DNA of 28,687 bases, from positions 1-28,687 of the forward strand of contig NW_021833410.1 in assembly GCF_006345805.1 (NCBI RefSeq). Direction: 5' to 3'. The notes under the pieces are model-generated. The model saw only the letters and a list, made by a program, of their open reading frames with translations. It had not been told where the DNA came from and did not search any database. Position numbers and translations under genes: made by a program. This document shows, piece after piece, positions 1 to 10,830 of this stretch. This DNA is from Octopus sinensis. Taxonomy: Eukaryota. Position 1 is the stretch's first letter, and each line of letters starts with the position of its first letter.

Positions 1-118
1 AGAGATAAGCAATCCTACGAGTATTTAGCGCTACTTTGAATATCACGATGCTCGTAGGTTGAAATACTAGTTTAGTCAAATGAATCGTCTCCCAGGTCAT
101 GTATTTTTTTAAGACTGC

Positions 119-227
119 TACTATTCTGTGGCTCTCTTATGCCGAACCACTGGGTTACGAGCAGGCAAACACAGTTGACAAGTGGTGGTAGACAAACACA
201 CACACACCACACACTCACACACACACA
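119..227 (-). mobile_element. Degenerate 3' fragment of CORE-type SINE
   Basis: ctctcttatgccgaaccactgggttacg...gacaaacacac resembles ggtctcttttgccgaaccgctaagttacggggacg...gacaaacacagac of the intact copies at 11404-12640. Confidence 0.6.
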
Positions 228-313
228 CATACATACATACATACATACATACATACATACATACATACATACATACATACGTATGTATGTATGTATGTAT
301 GTATGTATGTATG
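228..313. repeat. (CATA)n abutting (TATG)n, perfect loopless palindrome
   Basis: (CATA)n runs 228-280 and its reverse complement runs 281-313; centre catac|gtatg. Confidence 0.95.
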
Positions 314-330
314 AAATATATATATACATA

Positions 331-533
331 GGGAAAGTTCACGAAAAAAACAAAAGACGAAAACAGGTGGTGTAAAAACAGATGATTAGTATAACGCTAA
401 GGAATAGAAAAAGGATTTACGTTTCGAGCCTACGCTCTTCTACAGAAAGGGATACAGATAAAAACAAGGAGAGAAACAAGAGAAGAAAAAAAAATGTGTG
501 TAGTGGCTAATGATCTATCATGGCGACTATATA

Positions 534-566
<33 letters not shown>

Positions 567-774
567 GATATATATATAATAAAAAAAAAAACAAAAGACG
601 AAGACAGGTGGTGTACAAAACAAAACAGAATGTATTAGTATAATGCTCACGATTGAATAAGTCTTTTACGTTTCGAGCCTAGTTCTTCTACAGAAAGAGG
701 ACACAGCAAAAACAAGAGAGAAACAAGGAGAGAAAAATCTGAGTAGGGCTACTAATCTTTCACGCATATATATC

Positions 775-805
<31 letters not shown>

Positions 806-1105
806 TGGAGAGTTCACGACAAAAAAACAAAAGACGAAGACAGGTGGTGTACAAAATAAACAGAGAATTAGTATATGCCCTCAGGAATAGAAAAAGTACT
901 TACATTTCGAGCCTATGCCTCTTCTAAGAAAGGGACACAGATAAAAGAAGAAGAGAAACAAGGAGAGCGAAAAAAATGTTTGTGTAGCGGCTAACGATCT
1001 ATCAGGGCGACTGCCGGACAGAAGGGTCACATAGGAGGCATGTTCGTTGTGAATGTATGTATGTAGTTGCTAGAAAAGACAGAACCAAATTCAAAAGAAC
1101 TCCGT

Positions 1106-1108
<3 letters not shown>
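331..1108 (-). mobile_element. Three tandem ~190-bp hammerhead-motif elements (Penelope pLTR/retrozyme-like) separated by (TA)n
   Basis: Units 331-527, 580-765 and 807-1108 share acaaaagacga..caggtggtgta and ttacgtttcgagcct..cttctacagaaag; unit 3 extends about 100 bp further. Confidence 0.7.
415..449 (-). ncRNA. Minimal type-I hammerhead-like motif with variant core CUGUAGA
   Basis: Minus strand: CUUU-CUGUAGA-A-GAGC(GUAG)GCUC-GAAA-CGU-A-AAU. The copy at 662-698 has a 5-bp stem I (UCUUU/AAAGA) but a damaged stem II. Confidence 0.55.
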
Positions 1109-1149
<41 letters not shown>

Positions 1150-1193
1150 GTTATAAATATATAATATATTATATATATATATAGATATATATA

Positions 1194-1508
1194 CAAAGAG
1201 CAATAAAGATTCAAGTTAATTTAAAAAATTTACTTGAATATGGTACCTAACTTAGATGCACAAAAAAAAACTATACTGATTTAACAATACAGTAATGTGG
1301 GGTGATTATAAGCGAGAAAGAGAAGCGGCAACAGAAGATAGGTTTTAGTACGATCGTTTCATACAAGGACAGGTTTTATTAAAGTTGCAAAGATTACAGC
1401 ATATAAACGGGACTCGTTTATATGCTGTAATCTTTGCAACTTTTAATAAACCTGTCCTTGTATGAAACGATGTACTAAAAACCTATCCATTCTTGTGCTT
1501 TTCTCGCG
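1194..1508. mobile_element. (TA)n-flanked asymmetric fold-back element, copy 1
   Basis: ~100-bp inverted arms 1312-1409 and 1415-1508 around loop ggact, plus ~115 bp of unpaired left extension. Confidence 0.85.
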
Positions 1509-1546
1509 TTTATATATATATATTTATATATTATATATATATATAT

Positions 1547-1580
<34 letters not shown>

Positions 1581-1605
1581 ATATCCATATATATGTATAT
1601 ATATA

Positions 1606-1642
<37 letters not shown>

Positions 1643-1680
1643 ACATATTATAATATATATATTATAATATATAATATATA

Positions 1681-2003
1681 CAAAGAGCAATAAAGATTCA
1701 GTTAATTTAAAAAATTTACTTGAATATGGTACCTAACTTAGATTGCACCAAAAAAACTATACTGATTTAACAATACAGTAATGTGGGGTGATTATACGCG
1801 AGAAAGAAGCAACAAGAATGGATAGGTTTTAGTACGATCGTTTCATACAAGGACAGGTTTTATTAAAAAAGTTGCAAAGATTACAGCATATAAACGGGAC
1901 TCGTTTATATGCTGTAATCTTTGCAACTTTTAATAAACCTGTCCTTGTATGAAACGATCGTACTAAAAACCTATCCATTCTTGTTGCTTCTTTCTCGCGT
2001 ATA
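1681..2003. mobile_element. (TA)n-flanked asymmetric fold-back element, copy 2
   Basis: Arms 1793-1896 and 1902-2003 near-perfectly complementary; loop ggact 1897-1901. Confidence 0.9.
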
Positions 2004-2352
2004 TATATTATATATATATATATATATATAATATATATTATATATATATATAATATATATATTATATATATATAATATATTACATATATATGTATATATA
2101 TATATAATTATATATCTATATCTATATTATATATGTATATATAATTATATATATATATGCGTGTGTGTGACGGACATCCTTCAGTATGGTTTTGCTCTTT
2201 CTAGCGAGTAGGGGAAAAAACAGAGCAGTCACAGCTTGAATGCTTTTCCTCATAAATCTGATTTATCACGACTGACCTGAGATTAAAATAACAACAACAA
2301 CGACTACGAATTCCATAACATTTCCCCCGTTTAAACAATACACATCTCTTAC

Positions 2353-2437
2353 CTTGTGTGGTCAATGCCTGAGAAAGGTGTAAAAGCGCTGCAGTCAACA
2401 CCGTTGCAAATATAAGAAAATTCATGCTTGTTGCCAT
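2353..2437 (-). CDS. Probable first coding exon of a secreted protein (signal peptide MATSMNFLIFATVLTAALLHLSQA-LTTQ)
   Basis: ATG at 2437, hydrophobic core FLIFATVLTAALL, S-Q-A small-residue cleavage site, then strong donor CAAG|GTAAGA (phase 1); downstream exons not identified in window. Confidence 0.65.
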
Positions 2438-2510
2438 TACCAGTTTTAGTAGAAAGATTAATGGAGACCAGAGTTAAACTGTTTCATAAGCACATGTGAA
2501 ACGTTGGTGA

Positions 2511-2675
2511 CTTTCTTCCTGTATTTTCTCTGTATCCTCTTTCTGAAGAGGAGCTTTGCTCGAAACGTAAAACCACATTTCTTTCCTTCTCTGAGCGTCT
2601 CCTAATACTTTGCAATATACCACGTCCATGCATTGTTGTCTTTTTGTGTTTGTTTCCCGTTTTTTTGTTTGGATT

Positions 2676-2678
<3 letters not shown>
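2511..2678 (+). mobile_element. Hammerhead-bearing mini-element ending at (TA)n
   Basis: T-rich leader, hammerhead core, ctgagcgtc..taatact..cacgtcc..tgtttggatttac then (TA)n; same layout as 25311-25488; duplicate at ~3551-3720. Confidence 0.7.
2540..2572 (+). ncRNA. Minimal type-I hammerhead ribozyme motif
   Basis: UUU-CUGAAGA-G-GAGC(UUU)GCUC-GAAA-CGU-A-AAA; canonical core, palindromic ACGU in place of stem III, 3-bp stem I. Confidence 0.65.
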
Positions 2679-2717
<39 letters not shown>

Positions 2718-2719
<2 letters not shown>

Positions 2720-3035
2720 AAGAGCCAATAAGAGATTCAAGTTAATTTAAAAAATTTACTTGAATATGGTACCTACTTAGATGCACCAAAAAAAACTATA
2801 CTGATTTAACAATACAGTAATGTGGGGTGATTATACGCGAGAAAGAAGCAACAAGAATGGATAGGTTTTAGTACGATCGTTTCATACAAGGACAGGTTTT
2901 ATTAAAAGTTGCAAAGATTACAGCATATAAACGGGACTCGTTTATATGCTGTAATCTTTGCAACTTTTAATAAACCTGTCCTTGGATGAAACGATCGTAC
3001 TAAAAACCTATCCATTCTTGTTGCTTCTTTCTCGC

Positions 3036-3040
<5 letters not shown>
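2718..3040. mobile_element. (TA)n-flanked asymmetric fold-back element, copy 3
   Basis: Arms 2832-2933 and 2939-3040; loop ggact. Confidence 0.9.
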
Positions 3041-3096
<56 letters not shown>

Positions 3097-3389
3097 TTAT
3101 ATTATATTATAATACATATATATGTATATATATATATATATATATTATAATATATATATATATAATATATGTATATATATATATATATTATATGCGTGTG
3201 TTTGACGGACATCCTTCAGTATGGTTTTGCTCTTTCTAGCGAGTAGGGGAAAAAACAGAGCAGTCCACAGCTTGAATGCTTTTCCTCATAAATCTGATTT
3301 CTCACGACTGACCTGAGATTAAAATAACAACAACAACGACTACGAATTCCATAACATTTCCCCCGTTTAAACAATACACATCTTCTTAC

Positions 3390-3476
3390 CTTGTGTGGTC
3401 AATGCCTGAGAAAGGTGTAAAAGCGCTGCAGTCAACACACCGTTGCAAATATAAGAAAATTCATGCTTGTTGCCAT
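3390..3476 (-). pseudogene. Duplicate of the signal-peptide exon with a 2-nt insertion
   Basis: gtcaacacaccgttg versus gtcaacaccgttg in copy 1; frameshift may be a sequencing error. Confidence 0.5.
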
Positions 3477-3753
3477 TACCAGTTTTAGTAGAAAGATTAA
3501 TGGAGACCAGAGTTAAACTGTTTCATAAGCACATGTGAAACGTTGGTGACTTTCTCTTCCCTGTATTTCTCTCTATCCTCTTTCTGAAGAGGAGCTTTGC
3601 TCGAACGTTTAAAACCACATTTCTTTCCTTCTCTGAGCGTCTCCTAATACTTTGCAATATACCACGTCCATGCATTGTTGTCTTTTTGTGTTTGTTCTCC
3701 GTTTTTTTGTTTGGATTTACTATATATATATATATATAATATATATATATACC

Positions 3754-3809
<56 letters not shown>

Positions 3810-3830
3810 GTGTGTATGTATATCTATCAT

Positions 3831-3868
<38 letters not shown>

Positions 3869-4007
3869 CTTTGTTCATTGGTTCATTGGTTGAAGTTTTG
3901 TAAATAATATTTCTGGTTAAAGATTTTAGTATTTTGTTTGTATGTGTATCTGTTTGTGTATCTAATTATTATTTATTTAATTATTCTCTTAATTTCCCTA
4001 TCTGTTA

Positions 4008-4051
<44 letters not shown>

Positions 4052-4203
4052 TACCTCTACAAGTAAAGTATTATTTTAATGTTTATTATCAATATTACGA
4101 CCGTATTTCGACATATTTTACTTTCTCACGATCAGATTAAATCAAAAAAAGAAAATTTTGTTTTTAATTCTTTCTTAAACGAATCTTCACGAGGAAATGG
4201 TAT

Positions 4204-4422
4204 ATTTCTTTATTGCCCACAAGGGGCTAAACATAGAGGGGGCAGACAGAGGGATTAAGTCAATCACATAGACTCCAGTGCGTAACTCGTACTTAATTTA
4301 TCGACCCCGAAAGGATGAAAGGCAAATTTACCTCGGCGGAATGTGAACTCACAACGTAACGACAGACGAAATGCGGCTACGCATTTCGCCCGGCATGCTA
4401 ACGTTTCTGCCAACTCGCCGCC
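4204..4422 (-). mobile_element. tRNA-derived SINE with Meta-like central domain and 17-bp TSD
   Basis: Minus strand ggcggcgagttggcagaaacgttagc...gcctttcatcctttcggggtcgataaa; direct repeat tcacgaggaaatggtat at 4187-4203 and 4423-4439. Confidence 0.85.
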
Positions 4423-4990
4423 TCACGAGGAAATGGTATCCAACTTCAGAGAATTATTGCTGATCGAACATGAATTTCCTGCATTCGATTGTCAGATAAA
4501 TTTATTCGATTTTTCTTCCTCCAACATCATATTTGTGGAAAGAAGTCTGAAGGCACGTAGCTTAGAAGTTACGGTATTCGGCCTACATATGGAAGATTGT
4601 GAGTTCGATTCCCAGCGACACACAAACATAAACACACACACACATCCATATAAAGAGAAAGAGAGAGGGGGAGAGAGAGAATTTTCTGACCAATTCTACT
4701 TGACATCTTTTGTTTTAATAGATTATTTAGTCGAACACTTACCTTATGCATATTTGAAATATAATTTTCGTAACAATTTGCCTGTCCCTAAAGAAACTGT
4801 TTTCGTCAGATGAATTCATGAACATCAAAATATAGGTCGTTCAGAAAGATTCCACAGAGTTTAAAATCCATGGAACAAAATCATTTTCAGAGATTCTGCT
4901 ACTATTCCAGCTGGCAGAATGAGTTTATCAGAATAGTGTATATTTGGTCAGAACAGAAAAAAATTGGGGTGAATAGAGTTTTTAGGAGGG

Positions 4991-5587
4991 TGTTGTACAG
5001 TGAAACTATACACCCTTCCAAGTAAAAAGTGGTAATAGCCAGCCATTATAAATAGACCAAAAGCCAGTCGAGAGGGAAGGTCAGGAGGCCAAGAGTACGT
5101 GTAGACTGTGTTGATAGTCGTGTCTATGCTGATAGAGTAATTATACTGTGACGCTGAGTAAACGTTTGTTTGTTCCTTCTCGAGCCATGCCTGGCTCATA
5201 AGGGCCAGTTTTCCGGTTTTCCTTGTCGTATAGGTTTCCCACCTGGACGGGACGCCGGTCCGTCGCAGGTAAGCTGCAAAATTCAGGAGGAAAGAGTGAG
5301 AGAAAGTTGTGGCGAAAGAGTCAGCAGAAGTTCGCCATTACCTTCTGCCGGAGCCGCGTGGAGCTTAGGTGTTTCGCTCATAAACACACACTTCACCCAG
5401 TCTGAGATTCGAACCCGCGATCCCTCAACTGCGAGTCCGTTGCTCTAACCATTAGGCCATGTGCCTCCACATACTGAGTGGACGTGATAACGATCCAACC
5501 TTTTGGGCATAAAAACGCTGTGCGCCTGGGGGTCGTGCGATGCCAGATAGAACCGTTGACAACCGTCGTCAAAAGACGGATACAACA
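4991..5587 (+). mobile_element. Gypsy-type LTR interrupted by a SINE
   Basis: TGTTG...CAACA termini, TATAAATA at 5047-5054, PBS-like TGGCGACGAG at 5590-5599, gag remnant downstream. Confidence 0.65.
5165..5470 (-). mobile_element. tRNA-Arg-like SINE with V-domain-like segment
   Basis: Minus strand A box TGGCCTAATGG, B box GGTTCGAATC, anticodon-like TCG; ctgcgacggaccggcgtcccgtccagg resembles the V-SINE domain; aaac-repeat tail. Confidence 0.75.
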
Positions 5588-5712
5588 AGTGGCGACGAGG
5601 GGAAAAACCCGAAAACATTCATATGGAGAGTTTAAACTAATTCATGTGGAAAATTAAATAACTCGACAAAATAGAAACGAAGATCTTTTTGTGCAAACGA
5701 AAATCGTAAAAC

Positions 5713-6050
5713 ATGGAAGACTTGTTAGGTGGGATAGTTGAGTTGCAAAAACAGCACCAGCAGCAACAACTCAAGGAACAACGAGAACAACAACAAAAAC
5801 TGCCGCAGCAAATGTTATACGTAATGTAAGTTGATAACCAAACCGCGGGATACATTTTCACCTGACCAAGTAGCAAATTCCACAAGCGAATTCAAATGTG
5901 ACCCCGAAGAAGGAGAAACCTTCGAGGCTTACTAGCGAAGATTTCAACAATTTTTTTAAAAAGGAAGTCAGGATTGGACGGACGAAATAAAAACGCATCA
6001 AGTGTTAAGAAAACTAGCGACAGCAGACCAGTATAGAAACTTCATATTGC
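5713..6050 (+). pseudogene. Degenerate Gypsy gag N-terminus
   Basis: MEDLLGGIVELQKQHQQQQ...DQVANSTSEFKCDPEEGETFEAY..QDWTDEIK..LRKL..QYRNFIL with stops and frameshifts; resembles invertebrate Gypsy (K02A2.6-like) gag. Confidence 0.65.
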
Positions 6051-6084
<34 letters not shown>

Positions 6085-6143
6085 AAGAAAGAAAGAAAGA
6101 AAAGGAAAAAAGTCCGGCATAAATTTCACCGACACAGTTGACA

Positions 6144-6263
6144 TTTTATTCTTTTGCTCGTTTCAGTCATTTGACAGCAGCCATTTTACCGAGCTGCTAA
6201 TTTACGGAGACGTAAACACACCAGCATCGGTTGTCAAGCGATGCTGGGGGACAAACACACACA
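6144..6263 (-). mobile_element. Internally deleted CORE-SINE 3' fragment
   Basis: tttcagtcatttgac...acggagacgtaaacacaccagcatcggttgtcaagcgatg. Confidence 0.75.
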
Positions 6264-6440
6264 CTTTATTTCATTAAGATTTGCCATAAAGGCATTACAA
6301 AGAGTAGGTTGCGGGCTGGACATATACATTGATGAGGTGAATGATGAAACAAGGATGATATTGATGAGAGAAGGCAGAAAACGTCCGCCGATTTTCTGCT
6401 TCTCTAAAACATTGTTCTTTTTTTCTCCAACAGAAACGAC

Positions 6441-7260
6441 AGTTTTTACAATTATTGGACTTAATAGTCCATTACAAATATATACAATAAATTATTCAAT
6501 ATACACACAATCTATAAGATCAATCCTTCTCATCGGAGCCCCCAAGCAAATGACCCACTGCCTGCAGGAAAGCCTGCATCGGCAGGTCGGGTTCCGGAAA
6601 GAGGAAAGCAAAATCTTCCTTATTACAGGTCACCATGACCTCGAACAGCTCTTCTGACTCACGACCTCCGCAGCCACCGGCGGAGGCCATCCTGGACAGT
6701 CTATACAAACCGAGTCCAATCGTTCTCGGCCTGGAAGACCGTCCAAGCACTTCTCGACAGGCCCTCCCCTGAGATAGAAAACGATGGGTTTCACCTCCTC
6801 CTCACGGGGAGGGGCCTCAGCCTACTCTATCAGTGGCACAATTCCCACTGACAGAGTCTCTCGCTCCGGTGGCATCGGGTTCGGTCGGCGGCACAGCGAC
6901 ATCCGCGGACCGTCTCCCGTTTCTCTTCCTTCTCTTTTTCCTTCTTACGGTTGCGGGAGTCTAGGCCTCCACAGGCACACCCGAGGGTCCTCCTCCTCTC
7001 CCGCAACCAGCGCGTCTGTTGGTGAGCAATAATGTTTGCTCACCTTTCTTTTCCTTCTCGTTGAAGCATCGAGAGTTCAATAAAAAGTTTAATAAAAAAC
7101 ACACAAAAAAAGAACAGAAAGATAGAGCAGAGAAAAAGAACGAAGGAGGAGAGTTCGATTCACGGCAACACAATTCCGCCACTCCGGTAATCCTGGTCTA
7201 TAAGTAATCCACAAGAATACAGATACTCCAGTTCACCGTCGCAGTACAAAAATTAATTAT
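6441..7260 (-). mobile_element. GC-rich unclassified element, possibly non-autonomous non-LTR retroelement
   Basis: Abrupt GC rise; minus-strand end with ggact-taat-agtcc stem-loop and short A tail; broken coding-like frames; no domain recognised. Confidence 0.3.
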
Positions 7261-7879
7261 TGTTGTCTTCGTACTCCGTGCCTAAATGGTAAATCCAATG
7301 GAACTTCCAGGGCACGAACACAGTCAAACAAAGACGATTTTCACAAGCAAAAATTTTTTCCGGAGGGAATACGCCTCCCCAAAGCACAATTCTCACTGCA
7401 AAGGGAGTCTTTTCGCAGGACCACAGGCAGGAAAATATCTAGAACAGAGTGGAGACTGTTGCTCAACAAAAATTATTAATTACAGAGCAACAAACTCCAC
7501 TAAGCCCCCCCCCCAACAAACGCCTACCTGTAGTCGTACTTCAATTGTTCAATATTTCACGTCGAAAGACGTGACTTCCAAGCAGCATGAAAAAATGCGA
7601 GCTCTTCTGTAGTAAGGTAAGCAAGCTACTTACTACAAAGTGACTCCTGCGCCTTTTGTGCAAAATGTTTAATGAAAAGAGCTGACTGTTTAATACTCGA
7701 TGGAAATATTTAAACATAGAAAAGAGCGAAGATGAAGACTTCACTACTTACACAAAGTCAACAAAGAATGTGAGAGATTTTGGCTGGATATGCTTACTCT
7801 AGATTCTTTCAAGTGTTTGATTTTTTTGCACCAGGATTGGCAGAAGGGATTTAGAAATCGGAACGAAAATTCTATCTAA

Positions 7880-8770
7880 ACTTGAGAATGCCATGAAAGA
7901 AACACTTCAAAAGCTCCACTCTTCCATTTCCATTCGAGGGCGGCTCACTTACAACTTGCACTTTGCTGATAGTATTGAGCAGTTAGGAAAAGCAGTGAAA
8001 TAGAACTACTCGAACTTACCAATAGACTAGAAAATGAATTGGGAACTTACAGGATGGAGATCAGTCCAGAAAAGGGCAAGATCTTAGTTCAAAGTAAGAA
8101 CCAAAACGCAGCGACCAACATCATACTAAATAGAGATTGACATGATGGAGTGGGCACCTTCAAGTACCTAGAATCCACTTTGACCAAGGACGGCAAATCG
8201 CAGAAGGAAATAACAACAACCAGTTTAGTCTCTGCTGCCATGATGAATCTGGACACCAATGGAAAAACAATTCCATTAGATTTACAACACGCTTCAGAGT
8301 GTAGAAATTCCGGGTGACTTCGATCCTTCTGCATAGGCGTGAGAGCTGAGCACTTGTATCTGACATGGAGCGAAGAACCCGGACCTTTCAGCACAAGTGC
8401 TTCAGATGGGTGCTGCACATCCCGTACACAGGGCAGAAAACAAACAGTTTTCTCAGGCAGCAAATCACCAAATACGCTGGCAGAGAGGAACCCCTCCTTG
8501 GGCAGGTCAAAAGACGGAAGCTTGCCTGGCACAGTTAGGTATCCCGTCACAACTCCCTGTACAAAACCATTCTTCAGGGCGCAGTTGATGGGCGAGGACG
8601 AAAGAGAGGCAAACAAAGGATATATTGGTTTGACAACATCAAGGACAAGACAGGTCGCAACACATCGAATCTGCTACACACGGCAGAGTGGCACCCCAAT
8701 GACTGGCTGCATCAATTAAGTGATCTTCAGGATGATGATGATGACGACGATGCCGACGACGACGACGATG
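7880..8770 (+). mobile_element. RTE-clade LINE 3' fragment, decayed
   Basis: ISIRGRLTYNLHFADSI, MEISPEKGKILV, FKYLESTLTKDG, KRRKLAW, KTILQGAVDG; (GAT)n tail. Confidence 0.85.
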
Positions 8771-8805
8771 ATCATGATGATATTTGTGTATGTATGTGTG
8801 TGTGT

Positions 8806-8868
<63 letters not shown>

Positions 8869-9382
8869 TGTGTGTGTGTGTTTGCGCACACATACTCATC
8901 CCTCCCTCCTCGCATATATCAATACCTATTTGGTGACAGAAATATATTCACTGCAGGTTCACTGAGTCGGTATTCACTCTTGTGCACAGTAAATCATTTT
9001 TGTTTTAATTCTCTTAAATTTCTTCCCTGACTAATAACAAATGGGCAACAACAATAAACAAACATACCTTATAGCATTGAGATGTTTTTTGTTGCCTATT
9101 TGCGACAGGCCAGGGCCTCTGCTCTTTCCAACGAATCATGATTTAATGTGACTCGTTCTTTCCTAACACTTTATTGAACGCCGCATTTTACGTTAACACT
9201 GTTGGAATTATTCTGTGCCTGATTTAGTTGCAGGTTGTTGATAATATATAATCTTAAATCTTAAATCCGTTTGTTTGAATCATTAAAAATTTATATCACA
9301 ATTGCTAAACTTATTGTCATGAAAACTAGCGCTAACACGCCATCTTTCTTCTTTAGCTCGGAATATTTATAGTTCCCGTTAA

Positions 9383-9795
9383 GACGGTGAGTTAGCAGAA
9401 TTGTTACCACGCCGGTCAAAATGTTTAGCGGCATGTTGTCCGCTAAGGCGGCGATCTGGCAGAAACATTAGCGCACCGGGCGAAATGCTTAGCAGTATTT
9501 CGTCTGCCGCTACGTTCTGAGTTCAAATTCCGCCGAAGTAGACTTTGCTTTTCATCCTTTCGGGGTCGATTAAATAAGTACCAGTTACGCACTGGGATAT
9601 AGATATAATCGGCTTAATCCGTTTGTCTGTTCTTGTTTGTCCTCTCTGTGTTTAGCCCCTTGTGGCTAGTAAAGAAATAGGGTATTTCGTCTGCCGCTAC
9701 GTTCTGAGTTAAAATTCCTTCGGTGTTGACTTTTCGCCCTTTCGAGGTCGATTAAATAAGTACTAGCTGAATATTAGAGGTCGACGTAATCAAAT
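9383..9795 (+). mobile_element. Meta-like SINE (9447-9680) nested in an older copy of the same family
   Basis: Two heads (9383, 9447) and two cctttcg(g/a)ggtcgattaaataagtac domains. Confidence 0.75.
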
Positions 9796-9856
9796 TCTTA
9801 CCTGCCGAATAATTGCTGGCTTTTGTATAACAAGCACTGCATTCTCATATATGTAC

Positions 9857-9906
<50 letters not shown>

Positions 9907-9914
9907 AGAATGCA

Positions 9915-9973
<59 letters not shown>

Positions 9974-10004
9974 TATATGCTGTATATATGGATGTATCTT
10001 TATC

Positions 10005-10430
10005 TTTTATCCTTTACCCGTTTCAGTCATTAGTTTGCGGCCATGCTGGGACACCACCGTGAATGGTCCAGTCGAACAAATCAGTCCCAGTACTTATTTT
10101 AAAGCCCGGTTCTTATGACAACGGTCTCTTTTGCCGAACCGCTTAGTTACGGGGACGGGAAAAAGACCAACACCGGTTGCCCAGGGGTGGAGGGAGACAA
10201 ACGGAAACACAAGGACACAGGCACGCAAGAACATACACACGCACACTTATATTCGCACACACACATACACACGCGCGCGCACACGCACACATACGATGTG
10301 CTTCCTTATATTTTCTGCCTTCTAAATTCACTCTCAATGCAATTGGTCGGCCCGGGGCTATAGTAGAAGACGCCCAATGTACTGCGCAGTGGGACTGAAT
10401 CCCAAACTACATGGCTGCAAAGCGAACACC
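10005..10430 (-). mobile_element. CORE-type SINE, diverged
   Basis: tttcagtcatt..ggtctcttttgccgaaccgc..internal (CA)n..ggtcggcccggggctatagtagaagac..gcagtgggactgaa. Confidence 0.8.
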
Positions 10431-10704
10431 GCGGGTGTGACAGCTCGAGTGAAGGTAGCCAGCATCAACACTCAGCTGATACTCACCCCCAGCTGAGTAG
10501 ATCGAAGCATCGACAGGGCCAATAAGGAAGCCGACGTCAGCTCAACTCCTCTTTAACCGCTCAGCCGTGGGCCTCCATAGATTTAGGACCAGTGAGAGAC
10601 AAATGCGCACACAAACACACACATACGTACACTCACGCACACAGCTGTCTATACATAGAGATTGTACCATGCTTGATAAATAATATCTATTCTACAATAG
10701 ACAC

Positions 10705-10830
10705 AATGCCTGAAATGTGGGGGAGGGGACTAGTCGATTACATCGACACCAGTATTTCACTGGTACTTTATTTACCGACCCTCGACAGGCTGAAAGGCAA
10801 AGTCGACCTTCGCGGAATTTGAACTAAGAA
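10705..10830 (-). mobile_element. Meta-like SINE fragment
   Basis: gtcgattacatcgac..ctggtactt..gaaaggcaaagtcgacc..ggaatttgaact. Confidence 0.75.

Larger units (their letters stand above)
1681..3720. repeat. ~1.04-kb tandem duplication (1681-2717 / 2718-3720)
   Basis: Fold-back element, unique sequence, exon and hammerhead element all repeat; differences are mostly 1-2 nt indels. Confidence 0.9.

Noticed and set aside
72-1690. YI/CV-rich short ORFs here and throughout
   Set aside because: Microsatellite translations
4343-4813. 156-aa ORF
   Set aside because: Runs through an antisense SINE end and microsatellites; no protein-like features
5405-5470. tRNA-Arg gene
   Set aside because: Acceptor stem not formed and the sequence continues into a SINE body; it is a SINE head
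8089-8719. 175-aa (-) and 126-aa (+) ORFs
   Set aside because: Antisense and off-frame readings of the decayed RTE fragment
9061-9180. Possible minus-strand exon ending at AG|GTATGT
   Set aside because: Frames close within ~25 codons, with no convincing acceptor or recognisable protein
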